Origin: a virus
Taxonomy: Duplodnaviria > Caudoviricetes
Length of the DNA: 64,000 nucleotides
Strand: one strand, 5' to 3'
Virus record (IMG/VR): IMGVR_UViG_3300012667_001143
Span: 1-64,000 of that record
Below, piece after piece: positions 19,402 through 29,531 of the stretch. The notes beneath the pieces are model-generated. The model saw nothing but the letters and a program-made list of their open reading frames with translations. It had not been told where the DNA came from and searched no databases. Made by a program: the position numbers and the translations under genes. Every line of letters starts with the position of its first letter. Within the stretch, counting starts at the first letter, position 1.

Positions 19402-20274
19402 ATGAATGTACTTTTTATATCAGACTTTAACTTAAATCAAAATTCTGGTGGAGCGCAGGTCAGCAATAACGAAATAATTAAAAAGGGGATTGAGCTTGGA
19501 CATAATATTACTGTCCATAATTATGACTCGTCCCCATTAAATTTTATTTATAAATACGATCTAGTTATCAGCTCTAATTTGGAGGTTATTAATTACAAAT
19601 CTCCACATATTATTGATTTTATCATAAATCATGATAATCACGTTAGGCTTGAACATGACTCTTGTTATTATTTTGATAGAGAAACACGCAAAAAATTATT
19701 CACATCGAGTAAAATTAATTTCTTTTTATCTAACTTTCATATCGCTTTTTTTAGAGAATTATATGGAGACTATTTCACCAATGTAGAAATTGTATATGAT
19801 CCAGTAAATTGCTCAGCGATTTCTAATGAAACAAAAGAAAAAATATACGATATAACTTACGCTGGATTTTTGCATGAACTAAAGGGGTCCAATAATTTGT
19901 ACGAATTTGCTAAAGAAAATTCAAACCGACAGATTAATATTTTCGGCTGGTCCGAGAATGAAAGTATTATTCAAAGATTATCTTCTCTTGATAATGTAAC
20001 TTTTCATGGCAAAAAAAGTTATTCTGAAATTTTAGAAATATACTCTCAATCTAAATACATTTACCACAATCCAATTGTTAATGAGCCATTTTGCAGAATG
20101 GTGGCTGAAGCTATTTTATGTGGATGCAATTTTATAGGTGACAAAAGTAAAATAGGTAGTATTCAAGAATTTGAAAAAAATGGATATAATAAATTTGCAG
20201 AAAATTGTCAAAATGCCGCCAAAATTTTTTGGAATAAATTAACACAACATACAATATATGAACAATCCATTTGA
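19402..20274 (+). CDS. Glycosyltransferase (GT4-like)
   Basis: GGAQ N-terminal motif, YAGFLHELKG, NEPFCRMVAEAILCGC. Confidence 0.8.
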   Translation: MNVLFISDFNLNQNSGGAQVSNNEIIKKGIELGHNITVHNYDSSPLNFIYKYDLVISSNLEVINYKSPHIIDFIINHDNHVRLEHDSCYYFDRETRKKLFTSSKINFFLSNFHIAFFRELYGDYFTNVEIVYDPVNCSAISNETKEKIYDITYAGFLHELKGSNNLYEFAKENSNRQINIFGWSENESIIQRLSSLDNVTFHGKKSYSEILEIYSQSKYIYHNPIVNEPFCRMVAEAILCGCNFIGDKSKIGSIQEFEKNGYNKFAENCQNAAKIFWNKLTQHTIYEQSI

Positions 20275-20962
20275 TTTTTTTGATGCTATTTTTTGTATAA
20301 ATTTAGATTCTCGCCCAGATCGTTGGCAAGAATGTTTAGAAAAATTTAAAATATTAAACATAGAAGATAAAGTTCAAAGATTTTCTGCTATTAGAATTGT
20401 TGATAGCAATAACATGTCTAATAAATTTCTTGCTCGATGCGGATGCTCATTGTCTCATTTCGAAATTTGCAGAATAGCCAAATTAAAAGGATATAAAAAC
20501 TATCTTGTTCTTGAAGATGATTTTGAACTCAATCTAAAAAAAGAAGAAATTTTTGACTTACTTAACAAAGCAGTCTCAGAACTGCCATATAGCTGGGATA
20601 TGTTTTATCTTGGAGGAAATTTAACTGATGAATATGGAACCTTTCCTATTGAAAATTTTTCTGATAACTTATTTAAATTAAATTCTTGCCACACAACACA
20701 TGCAATGGCATTTAATCAAAAATTTTATGATCAATACTTGGAAAATGCTCCAGATTTTAATAGCATTTTTGAATGGACACATAAAAATGAAGTGATAGAT
20801 GTTTTTTTAACTAAAGAGTTTTTAAGAAAAATTAACTGCTTTATCAATAAAAAACTAGTAATTAATCAAGCTGTTGGATTTTCTGATATAGAAAATGCAT
20901 CTTATGATTATCGCGATTGGATGTCTCATAATTTCGAAATTTTTAAAAATAAAATTATATGA
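20258..20962 (+). CDS. Glycosyltransferase family 25 (LgtB/Lic2A-like)
   Basis: CINLDSRPDRW, RFSAI, GCSLSH, LVLEDD. Confidence 0.88.
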   Translation: MNNPFDFFDAIFCINLDSRPDRWQECLEKFKILNIEDKVQRFSAIRIVDSNNMSNKFLARCGCSLSHFEICRIAKLKGYKNYLVLEDDFELNLKKEEIFDLLNKAVSELPYSWDMFYLGGNLTDEYGTFPIENFSDNLFKLNSCHTTHAMAFNQKFYDQYLENAPDFNSIFEWTHKNEVIDVFLTKEFLRKINCFINKKLVINQAVGFSDIENASYDYRDWMSHNFEIFKNKII

Positions 20963-21573
20963 ATGATTTAAGTTTATTTAGAGAATCAATAACTAGGTGG
21001 TTTGCTGATATTGGAGACAGTACTCATAATATTACGCACGACCTTAATGAACATTCTATTGTCATGGATATTGGTGGATATAATGGAACTTGGGTTGATT
21101 CGATTATTTCTAAATACAATCCAAATATTTATATAGTAGAACCAATAAAAGATTTTTATTTGGGCATGGTTAATAAATTTTCCAATAATAAAAAAGTAAG
21201 ATTACTTAATGTTGGTATTTCAACTCAAGATAAAAATGGATTTATATTTTTAAATGGAGACGCTAGTTCTTCAAATATTAATAACTCTCAATCAATTGAA
21301 GTTGAATTTAATACGATTGAGACTATTTTCAAAAAGTTTAAATTAAACAGTGTTGATTTAGTGCAGATCAATATAGAAGGAGATGAGTATTCAATTATGG
21401 AATATATGATAGATAATAAATTTATCAATAGATTTAAAAACATACAAATTCAATTTCATTGTAATATAGAAAATAATATCATTAGAAGAGAAGAGATACG
21501 AAAAGCTCTTGAGCTTAATGGCTTTAAAATAAAATTTGATTATCCTTTTGTTTGGGAAGGATGGGGGAAATGA
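20959..21573 (+). CDS. FkbM-family SAM methyltransferase
   Basis: MDIGGYNG, VEP, DLVQINIEGDEY, IQIQFH. Confidence 0.85.
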   Translation: MNDLSLFRESITRWFADIGDSTHNITHDLNEHSIVMDIGGYNGTWVDSIISKYNPNIYIVEPIKDFYLGMVNKFSNNKKVRLLNVGISTQDKNGFIFLNGDASSSNINNSQSIEVEFNTIETIFKKFKLNSVDLVQINIEGDEYSIMEYMIDNKFINRFKNIQIQFHCNIENNIIRREEIRKALELNGFKIKFDYPFVWEGWGK

Positions 21574-22367
21574 TTGCTATTAATTTAAAAGGTGGACTTG
21601 GAAATATATTATTTCAAATTGCCGCTGGAATATCAATTTCAAAAAAAATAAATTGTGATGTTACATTTCCGAATTTAATCAATCATCTTGATTATTTAAC
21701 AAATGAATTGACTTACAATCCAAAACTCTCTCATGGCGCAGAATATCTTAAACTTAATTTTTTAAAAAATTTAAATACATTTCCTATTAAAACCGATAAA
21801 AATTATTATTATCCATTTTGTTTTGCAGATTTTTTACCTGATAAAAATTCATTTATTGACGGTTTTTTTCAAAGTGAAATGTATTTTACTGATTGTCGAG
21901 AATTGATTATTTCTTATTTTGAATCCGATTTAGAAATAAAAAATTACATTAAATTCAAATATTCTTCTATATTGGAAAACGCTACATCGCTACATGTAAG
22001 AAGGGGCGATTATCTTAATTTTTCAAATATGCATAAAATTCAAAATTATAAATATTTTCAAAAAGCCATATCTATATTGCGTGATACAACGAGTAAATTT
22101 CTAATACACAGCGATGATATAGAATGGTGCAAATCTGTATTTATTGGAGATGAATTCGTATTTATTGAAAATGAAAAAGACTATATTGAACTTCATATTA
22201 TGTCTATGTGCAAAAACAATATTATTTCAAATTCTAGTTTTAGTTGGTGGGGAGCTTGGTTAAATAATAATTCAGATAAGATTGTCGTCGCTCCCAGCAA
22301 TTGGTTTGGGCCAGATAAAGATCTTCCTGAAACAGATATAATTCCACATAATTGGATGAAAATATAA
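21570..22367 (+). CDS. Alpha-1,2-fucosyltransferase (GT11)
   Basis: GGLGNILFQ, GFFQSE, SLHVRRGDY, SDDIEWC, NSSFSWWGAWL. Confidence 0.92.
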   Translation: MIAINLKGGLGNILFQIAAGISISKKINCDVTFPNLINHLDYLTNELTYNPKLSHGAEYLKLNFLKNLNTFPIKTDKNYYYPFCFADFLPDKNSFIDGFFQSEMYFTDCRELIISYFESDLEIKNYIKFKYSSILENATSLHVRRGDYLNFSNMHKIQNYKYFQKAISILRDTTSKFLIHSDDIEWCKSVFIGDEFVFIENEKDYIELHIMSMCKNNIISNSSFSWWGAWLNNNSDKIVVAPSNWFGPDKDLPETDIIPHNWMKI

Positions 22368-22409
22368 TATTGAAAATACAAAACCTTAATTTATATTTAA
22401 ATAAATAAT

Positions 22410-22820
22410 ATGGAAAAAATATATTCTAAAATAGAGCCAGGTAAATTACTGCACTTTGTCCGTAGAAATAAAGAGGCTATTCTTCAAAGACAAGATTTAG
22501 TTGATCCAGAAAACTTTATTCAATGCTCTCATTTAAAACTTAATGCTGGTCAAACATTCAAGGCTCACAAGCATATTTGGAAACATCGAGCAATTAATAC
22601 TATAGCACAAGAATCATGGGTAGTTATTAGCGGTAGTGTAGAATGCTATTTTTATGATCTTGATGACTCATTATTAGAGATAATTACATTAAAAGCTGGA
22701 GATGCTTCATTTACTCTTGAAGGAGGTCATAATTATTTAATTCTTGAAGACGACACTGTTGTTTATGAATATAAAACTGGACCATACGAAGGTCAAGCCT
22801 TAGATAAAACTTTTATTTGA
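22410..22820 (+). CDS. WbuC-like cupin (sugar isomerase/epimerase)
   Basis: H-x-H..QESWVVISG..GGHNY..EYKTGPY. Confidence 0.75.
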   Translation: MEKIYSKIEPGKLLHFVRRNKEAILQRQDLVDPENFIQCSHLKLNAGQTFKAHKHIWKHRAINTIAQESWVVISGSVECYFYDLDDSLLEIITLKAGDASFTLEGGHNYLILEDDTVVYEYKTGPYEGQALDKTFI

Positions 22821-22897
22821 AATAACCAGAATTGTTAAAATGCAAAGGCTGTTCGCAAATATAGGGGTATATTCATTACATAAAATATAAACATACT

Positions 22898-23440
22898 ATG
22901 GTTGAAGCATTAGGGAGCGACATAATAATTGATAACGATATTGTTGTAAAACAAAAATTATCAATAAATGGTTCGCATATAGCAATAGATAAAGGTTTTT
23001 ATTGTACAGCAAATGCTAGTATTGGTAGTTATGTTCATATTGGACCTTATGTAACCGTAATAGGTGGTAAAGAAAGTCATTTTAAAGCTATTGGCTTTAA
23101 TAATATAATGGCTGGCGCTAGAATTATATGCGGGTCTGATAGATTTGATGACAGCGGTTTATTTGGCGCTATGATTCCAAAAGAATTAAAAGGAACTCAA
23201 GTAATTAAACCCATAATTATGGAAGAGCTTTCAAATATAGGTACAAATGCAATAGTTTTACCTGGATCTACATTAAGAAAAGGTGTCCTACTAACCGCTG
23301 GAAGCTTATTAATAGGAGATACGGAAGAATGGGGAATTTACAAAGGTAATCCAGCTATTCTGATTAAAAAAATTAATCCAAAAAAAATAATTGAAAATTA
23401 TGAAAAATTAATCTATAATGACTCGAAATATGAACTTTGA
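22898..23440 (+). CDS. Hexapeptide-repeat acyl/acetyltransferase
   Basis: IGSYVHIGPYVTVIG, IGTNAIVLPGSTL, GNPA. Confidence 0.85.
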   Translation: MVEALGSDIIIDNDIVVKQKLSINGSHIAIDKGFYCTANASIGSYVHIGPYVTVIGGKESHFKAIGFNNIMAGARIICGSDRFDDSGLFGAMIPKELKGTQVIKPIIMEELSNIGTNAIVLPGSTLRKGVLLTAGSLLIGDTEEWGIYKGNPAILIKKINPKKIIENYEKLIYNDSKYEL

Positions 23441-24020
23441 ATCTGTTACTTTATTAGAAAATCAAATTGCTAAATTTTTTAATGCTCCCTATGCAGTTGC
23501 GACAGATAGCTGCACCCACGGTATAGAGATTTGTTTAAGATTGAAAAATGCTAAAAAAATAAAAGTTCCATCCAGAACTTATTTATCAATACCTTTTTTA
23601 TCTAAAAAATTAAATATTGAAATGGAATGGACAGATACCGAGTGGAAAGATTACTATCATTTAACAGATGAAATTATTGACGCTGCCGTTCTTTGGAAAG
23701 AGGGATCTTATATTCCAAAAACTATGATGAGTATTTCTTTTCAGTTCCAAAAACATTTAAGTTTGGGCAGGGGAGGAATGATTTTGCTAGATGATAAAGA
23801 AGACGCTTTAGCTTTAAAAAAAATGTCTTATGACGGAAGGCTGCCAAGTATTCCATGGAGAGATCAAAATATCAACTCTATTGGCTATCATTACTATATG
23901 ACACCAGAAACAGCGAATTTGGGATTACAAAAAATTGAAAAAGCAATAAAAGAAAAACCAAGACAGTGGAATTACTTAGATTGGCCAGATTTAACACAAA
24001 TGGATATTTTTAAAAAATAA
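23418..24020 (+). CDS. Short DegT/DnrJ/EryC1-family PLP sugar aminotransferase
   Basis: YAVATDSCTHG, IIDAA, SFQFQKHL..GRGG; only about 200 aa. Confidence 0.8.
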   Translation: MTRNMNFESVTLLENQIAKFFNAPYAVATDSCTHGIEICLRLKNAKKIKVPSRTYLSIPFLSKKLNIEMEWTDTEWKDYYHLTDEIIDAAVLWKEGSYIPKTMMSISFQFQKHLSLGRGGMILLDDKEDALALKKMSYDGRLPSIPWRDQNINSIGYHYYMTPETANLGLQKIEKAIKEKPRQWNYLDWPDLTQMDIFKK

Positions 24021-24029
24021 TAAAATTAT

Positions 24030-25004
24030 ATGAAAAAAGCATTTATAACAGGAATAAATGGACAAGATGGATCTTATCTTGCTGAATACTTGCTCTCTAT
24101 CGGGTATGAAGTTCATGGGATTATTCGGCGCAATTCTACTACAGAAAGCCAACAAGATAGATTTTCTGAAGAAGTAAGAAAAAGAATTCACATTAGATAT
24201 GGAGATCTTCTTGATATATCATCGCTACATCAAGCATTAAGAGAAATCCAACCTGATGAGATTTATAATTTGGCGGCACAAAGCCATGTGCGCATTAGTT
24301 ACGACATACCTCAATTTACAGCAAATGCCAATGCTATTGGCGTTTTAAATCTTTTAGAAGCATACAAACAAGAATGTCCCACTGCTAGATTTTATCAAGC
24401 CAGTTCTTCAGAAATGTTTGGAAATTCTGTTGATAACGATGGATTTCAAAGAGAAAGTACACCACTTACTCCCGTAAGTCCTTATGGATGCTCTAAAGTT
24501 TTTGGATTTAATATTACTAAAAATTATAGGAATGCCCATAAATTACATATCTGTAATGGAATTTTATTTAATCACGAATCTCCAAGGAGAGGATCTAACT
24601 TTGTCACTAACAAAGTAGTAAAAACAGCTGTAGAGATTAAGCTCGGAATTTCAAACAAGCTTGAACTCGGTAATATGGACTCCTATAGAGATTGGGGTCA
24701 TTCATATGATTATGTTCGTGCAATGCACTTAATTTTGAACGCTGAAAAAGCTGACGACTTCGTTGTTTCGACAATGCAAACCCACTCTGTCAGAGAAATG
24801 GTTGATTATGTATTCAATAAGCTAGAATTGAATCCCGATCATTATGTCATTCAAAATTCTAAATTTATTCGACCAGAAGAATTAAAATACCTAAAAGGAG
24901 ATTCTAGCAAAATAAGGCAGACTCTTGGTTGGTCGCCAAAATACTCATTTGAAGAACTGATGGACGAAATGATAAACCATTGGATGGATGTTTTAAAAAA
25001 GTAA
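24030..25004 (+). CDS. gmd: GDP-mannose 4,6-dehydratase (copy 1)
   Basis: ITGINGQDGSYL, NLAAQSHV, QASSSEMFG, SPYGCSK, FNHESPRRG, RDWGH. Confidence 0.95.
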   Translation: MKKAFITGINGQDGSYLAEYLLSIGYEVHGIIRRNSTTESQQDRFSEEVRKRIHIRYGDLLDISSLHQALREIQPDEIYNLAAQSHVRISYDIPQFTANANAIGVLNLLEAYKQECPTARFYQASSSEMFGNSVDNDGFQRESTPLTPVSPYGCSKVFGFNITKNYRNAHKLHICNGILFNHESPRRGSNFVTNKVVKTAVEIKLGISNKLELGNMDSYRDWGHSYDYVRAMHLILNAEKADDFVVSTMQTHSVREMVDYVFNKLELNPDHYVIQNSKFIRPEELKYLKGDSSKIRQTLGWSPKYSFEELMDEMINHWMDVLKK

Positions 25005-25005
25005 T

Positions 25006-26136
25006 ATGAAAAAAGTTATTATTACAGGCGTAACTGGTCAAGACGGCAGCTTCATGGCTGACTATCTATTAAAAAATACAGATCATACTATTGTCGCTGG
25101 AGCGCGAAGGCTTAGTGTGATCAATCATAAAAATATTAATCATCTTAAAAATCATCCTAGATTTAAGTTGATTGATCTTGATGTCGCAGATTCACAGAAT
25201 GTCGAAGATGTAATTCGTACAGAGAAACCAGATTATTTTATCAACTTTGCCGCAAACTCTTTCGTTGGCAACAGTTGGACTATGCCAGTCAATCATATGA
25301 ACACTAATTGTATGGCAGTATTGTATCAGCTTGAAGCCATTCGCAAGTTTGCGCCACATTGCAGATACTACAATGCAGGCTCCTCAGAGGAATTTGGCGA
25401 CGTTGTTACAGCCCCACAGTCAGAGAGTCATCCATTGCGTCCTAGAAGTCCATATGGAGCTTCTAAAGCCGCTGCCAGACATCTTGTAAAAGTCTACAGA
25501 GATTCATATGATTTATATGCAATCCAAGGATGGTTGTTCAACCATGAAGGAACTCGCAGAGGAGTCGAGTTTGTCACTAGGAAAATCACCACAAACATTG
25601 CAAGAATTAAAAAAGCAATTGATGCAGAAGAATCTTACATGCCGCTGGAACTTGGCAATATCGACTCCAAAAGAGATTGGAGCGATGCCGAAGATTTTGT
25701 CGAAGGCGTTTGGTTAATGTTGAACCAAGAGTTTTACAACAAAGACCTTACAACAAGGTTCAAGACTCGCGGTAGAATCACAGCCCCATTTGAGACTGCT
25801 GATGATATCAAATGGCTTTCCAACAATATAAAGGAATATGTGCTTAGTTCCAACGAAACACATACAATTCGTGAATTCGTAGAACTAGCTTTCTCTGCTG
25901 CTGGAATTCAAGGCTATTGGCAGGGTTCAGGTTTAAATGAAGTGTTTCTCCAAAAAGAAACTGGAAGAGTGTTGATGGTTATTAATGAAAAGTTTTATCG
26001 CCCAGCAGAGGTTGATCTCTTGCTTGGTGATTCCACAAAAGCTCGCGAAGAGCTTGCTTGGTCTCCAAAAACTTCCTTCAAAGAATTGGTTGACAAAATG
26101 GTTGAGTATGATATACTCGAATATGGCCAAGGCTAA
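25006..26136 (+). CDS. gmd: GDP-mannose 4,6-dehydratase (copy 2, with ~35-aa insertion)
   Basis: ITGVTGQDGS, SSEEFG, SPYGASK, FNHEGTRRG, YRPAEVDLLLGD. Confidence 0.92.
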   Translation: MKKVIITGVTGQDGSFMADYLLKNTDHTIVAGARRLSVINHKNINHLKNHPRFKLIDLDVADSQNVEDVIRTEKPDYFINFAANSFVGNSWTMPVNHMNTNCMAVLYQLEAIRKFAPHCRYYNAGSSEEFGDVVTAPQSESHPLRPRSPYGASKAAARHLVKVYRDSYDLYAIQGWLFNHEGTRRGVEFVTRKITTNIARIKKAIDAEESYMPLELGNIDSKRDWSDAEDFVEGVWLMLNQEFYNKDLTTRFKTRGRITAPFETADDIKWLSNNIKEYVLSSNETHTIREFVELAFSAAGIQGYWQGSGLNEVFLQKETGRVLMVINEKFYRPAEVDLLLGDSTKAREELAWSPKTSFKELVDKMVEYDILEYGQG

Positions 26137-26467
26137 AATCAATAAAAAACACATCCTCGCCAGACTCACGCTTGTTCCAACTAGGGACAAGCGTTTGTTT
26201 TACATGCGTGAAATGAAATTTTTGAATGACCTTTGCGAAAGGTATTCTTTAGAATTCATGAATATCGTTTCTTTTGATAAAAAATTTGATTCGCTTGCTT
26301 ATATAGTCTGCGACAAACTGAAAGAAGTCATGGATCAAAAGTTTCGAGCTTTTAATTATTGTGTTGATCTTTCTAAGTACGAGAGTTATAATCTTGGCGA
26401 TAAGGTCGGAGAAGATGTCCTTCTCGACAAAAAAAATAAAACAATCAAAGACTTTCTAAATGAGTAA
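26123..26467 (+). CDS. Hypothetical protein
   Basis: Start MAKAKINK at 26123, coupled to the following RecA-like gene. Confidence 0.6.
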   Translation: MAKAKINKKHILARLTLVPTRDKRLFYMREMKFLNDLCERYSLEFMNIVSFDKKFDSLAYIVCDKLKEVMDQKFRAFNYCVDLSKYESYNLGDKVGEDVLLDKKNKTIKDFLNE

Positions 26468-27590
26468 ACTAAAAGAAAAAGAACTACAAAAATCAAGCGA
26501 CATTTTAGGTTCGTTCTTGAAGCAAAATTCAAGCGATCATTACAACTTCGAAGAGGCTATTGAATATAAAGTGTCAAGTGGATCTCTACAGCTAGATCTT
26601 CATCTTGGCGGCGGGCTTGGGCCAGGTCTTCATCGATTCGTTGGAATGAATGAGGGAGGTAAAACTTCCGCAGCTTTGTCTTTCATGAAGAACTTTTTGG
26701 AGAAAACTCCAAAAGCAAAGGGTTTTTATATCAAGGCTGAAGGTAGGCTTTCTCAGGAAATGAGAGAAAGATCAGGTATCAAGTTTGTTTTTAGTGCCGA
26801 TGAATGGGAACAGGGAACTTGTTTCGTTTTTGAGAGCAATATTTATGAAACTGTTGTTGACGTAATGAGACAGCTTGTTGCGAAGAATGATGAAGGTAAT
26901 CTTTATTACTTTCTGTTAGACTCTGTTGACGGATTGATTTCTAAAGGCGACTTGGATAAGAGTTTTGAGGATTCTAATAAGGTTGCTGGTGGCGCTGTTA
27001 TTGCTGCAAACTTTATGAAAAGACTCTCGATTGGTTTGGCTAAGAGAGGACATATTGCTGTTTTCATTAGTCAGGTCCGAGCGGACATCAAGCTCGATCC
27101 ATATTCTAAAGCTCCAGTTCGACAAACCTCCGCAACTGGAGGCAATGCTTTATTGCACTTTGCTAATTGGATTCTTGAGTTCGAGTCAAGAAATAAGGGA
27201 GATCTAATTCTTAAGAGTTCGACAGAAAGAATCGATCCAGTTACTAATCCTATCGTTGGTCATTTTGCGAAGGTCACTGTCAAGAAGTCTCCAAATGAAA
27301 AAACAAATCTAACAATTCCATATCCAATTAAATATGGAAGAACAAACGGAAGTTCTATTTGGGTTGAAAAGGAAATAGTCGATCTTCTCATGCTTTGGGA
27401 ATTCTTGACAAAGAAGGGTTCTTGGTTGTCTGCAACTGAAGAGTTTGATGAACTCCTCGTCGAAAATGGTTTCCCAAGATTTGAAAAAATTCAAGGTCAA
27501 GAAGCGTTGTTCAACTTTATCGAATCTGATAAAAACCTGTCCAACTTCTTGATCAGCTATTTTAAGAAAACAATCGCAAATGAAGTTTAA
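26460..27590 (+). CDS. recA: RecA/UvsX-like recombinase
   Basis: SSGSLQLDLHLGGG, GMNEGGKT, LDSV, FISQVR, TGGNALLH. Confidence 0.88.
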   Translation: MSKLKEKELQKSSDILGSFLKQNSSDHYNFEEAIEYKVSSGSLQLDLHLGGGLGPGLHRFVGMNEGGKTSAALSFMKNFLEKTPKAKGFYIKAEGRLSQEMRERSGIKFVFSADEWEQGTCFVFESNIYETVVDVMRQLVAKNDEGNLYYFLLDSVDGLISKGDLDKSFEDSNKVAGGAVIAANFMKRLSIGLAKRGHIAVFISQVRADIKLDPYSKAPVRQTSATGGNALLHFANWILEFESRNKGDLILKSSTERIDPVTNPIVGHFAKVTVKKSPNEKTNLTIPYPIKYGRTNGSSIWVEKEIVDLLMLWEFLTKKGSWLSATEEFDELLVENGFPRFEKIQGQEALFNFIESDKNLSNFLISYFKKTIANEV

Positions 27591-27987
27591 AACTCTTTCT
27601 GGATCTACCGCTGAACTAAAAAACGCTAAAAGGTATTTGGTGAAGTGGGATGCCGAAAGCAGAAGCAAGTTTCAGTTCTCTGTTAAGGAATTCCTTTATC
27701 CTTACTGGAGAACTGATATTGTTTTTGAGGAGTTTCGGATTGTCGGCACTCGCCTTTCCTTTGATCTATACAATGCTAATAAAAAAATAGCAATAGAAGT
27801 TCAAGGAGCGCAGCATACTAAATACGTTAAATTCTTTCATGGAAATCGCATGAAATATCTTGATCAGTTGAAAAGGGATGACAAGAAGCTCAGGTTCTGC
27901 GAAATCAATGATATAAAATTGGTTGAAATATATCCAAACGACAAAGTAAATATCGAGCTTTTTGAAAGCTTTGGAGTCGTTTTATAA
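27580..27987 (+). CDS. Vsr/DUF559-like PD-(D/E)xK endonuclease
   Basis: FDLYN..KIAIEVQGAQH..Q..RD..K..FC..N.I.LVEI. Confidence 0.75.
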   Translation: MKFKTLSGSTAELKNAKRYLVKWDAESRSKFQFSVKEFLYPYWRTDIVFEEFRIVGTRLSFDLYNANKKIAIEVQGAQHTKYVKFFHGNRMKYLDQLKRDDKKLRFCEINDIKLVEIYPNDKVNIELFESFGVVL

Positions 27988-27989
27988 AC

Positions 27990-28017
27990 TTGACACCTCA
28001 AAAAATACAGCAATAAT
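27990..28017 (+). promoter_or_regulatory. sigma70-type promoter
   Basis: TTGACA-16 nt-AATAAT just upstream of dnaB. Confidence 0.55.
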
Positions 28018-28022
28018 CAAGC

Positions 28023-29531
28023 ATGATCTATAATCTCGAATTGGAAAAGCAGCTTCTCGCCGCTTTGATTAAGGAGCCTGAGAGCTATTCTGAAATTTCT
28101 AATTTCATTAGTTCTAAAGATTTTTATTCAGAAGACTCGAATCTACACAGCACTATTTTTACAATCATCAAGCAGTCTATTGATGCTGGCGAGCAACTTG
28201 ATGAAGTCATCATCGCTCAGCGCATCAATACTTTGAATCTGTCTTTTGAAGATAGGGTGAATCCATCTGATTACATTCGCTCTCTTGCACTTCGTAAGGT
28301 GCCAAAAGGCAATCTGATTAAGACTGCCAAGGAACTGAAAAAGTTCACTATTCGTCGTGAGATTTTTGAGTCTGCTCAAGAAATCGCTAAAAAAATGAAG
28401 TCGGTTGCTCCAGAGACTCCTTACTCTCAAATTATCGAGCAAGCTGACAATGTTTACAATTCCAGAATCAATCTCTATGAGATTGGCAACGATGTTCCAG
28501 AAAACATCTATGATGAAATGGAAGCTCTTATCGAAGAGCGCGGCAATAATCCTATCAAGGAATTCGGCATGATGGGACCGCACCCAAAGATTAATCAGAT
28601 TTATGGATCTCTTCTTCGACCTGGTAATATCACAGTTATTGTTGCTCGTTCTGGTGTTGGTAAGACTCAATGGTGCATGGATTATAGCACTAAAGTAGGA
28701 ATTAAATACAACGTTCCAGTTCTTCACTTCGATAACGGAGAAATGAGTAAAGAAGAACTTATTATGCGTCAGTGTGCTGCAATTACTGGTGTGCCTATGC
28801 ATCTTCTAGAAACTGGTGATTGGAGAAGGGCTGGTCAAACTGTCGTTGATAAAGTTCGTGAGGCTTGGCCCAAGATCAAGGCTATGAAATTTTATTACTA
28901 CAATGTCGGCGGCATGGATGTTGATTCCATGATCAAGACTTTGAAGAGGTTTTACTATGGAAAAGTTGGGCGAGGAAATCAAATGATTTTTTCTTTCGAC
29001 TATATCAAGACCACATCAGAAGCATCTGGCGGCAAAAACGAATGGCAGATTGTTGGTGAGATGGTTGACAAGTTTAAAAAGTGCATTCAGAAAGAAATAC
29101 TTCATGATGGCAATCCAGTTATTCCCATGATTACTTCTGTTCAATCTAACAGAAGCGGTATCACTAATAACCGTCAATCTCAGAATGTCGTTGACGATGA
29201 AAGTATCGTTTCACTTTCTGATAGAATTACTCAGTTTTGTTCTCATATGTTTATTCTTCGAAATAAGACTACCGATGAGATTGAAACAGAGGGTCCAAGC
29301 TTTGGCACTCATAAGCTAATCAACGTAAAGGCTCGTCACCTTGGTAAAGATATTGCTGGAGCTGTAGAACCTGTTAGAATTGGAGATACACTTAGGAAGA
29401 ATTTTATTAATCTTGAATTTAAAAACTTCTGTATTTCTGAAAGAGGAGATTTGCGAGACATTGCCTCTGTCGCAGAAGGAAATTTTGAACTAGATGAAAA
29501 TGACAGCGACTCAATCCCAAACTTCGGTTAA
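28023..29531 (+). CDS. dnaB: Replicative DNA helicase
   Basis: N-terminal LEKQLLAAL..DFY..H..IF, ARSGVGKT, GEMS, FDYI, QSNR. Confidence 0.93.
   Translation: MIYNLELEKQLLAALIKEPESYSEISNFISSKDFYSEDSNLHSTIFTIIKQSIDAGEQLDEVIIAQRINTLNLSFEDRVNPSDYIRSLALRKVPKGNLIKTAKELKKFTIRREIFESAQEIAKKMKSVAPETPYSQIIEQADNVYNSRINLYEIGNDVPENIYDEMEALIEERGNNPIKEFGMMGPHPKINQIYGSLLRPGNITVIVARSGVGKTQWCMDYSTKVGIKYNVPVLHFDNGEMSKEELIMRQCAAITGVPMHLLETGDWRRAGQTVVDKVREAWPKIKAMKFYYYNVGGMDVDSMIKTLKRFYYGKVGRGNQMIFSFDYIKTTSEASGGKNEWQIVGEMVDKFKKCIQKEILHDGNPVIPMITSVQSNRSGITNNRQSQNVVDDESIVSLSDRITQFCSHMFILRNKTTDEIETEGPSFGTHKLINVKARHLGKDIAGAVEPVRIGDTLRKNFINLEFKNFCISERGDLRDIASVAEGNFELDENDSDSIPNFG

Noticed and set aside
12089-26136. DNA hypermodification as the role of the glycosyltransferases
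   Set aside because: Not excluded but disfavoured: there is no hydroxymethylase, TET/JBP or modified-base synthase in the window, GT11/GT25/GT9 are glycan-extending families, and CCGG avoidance suggests restriction-sensitive DNA.
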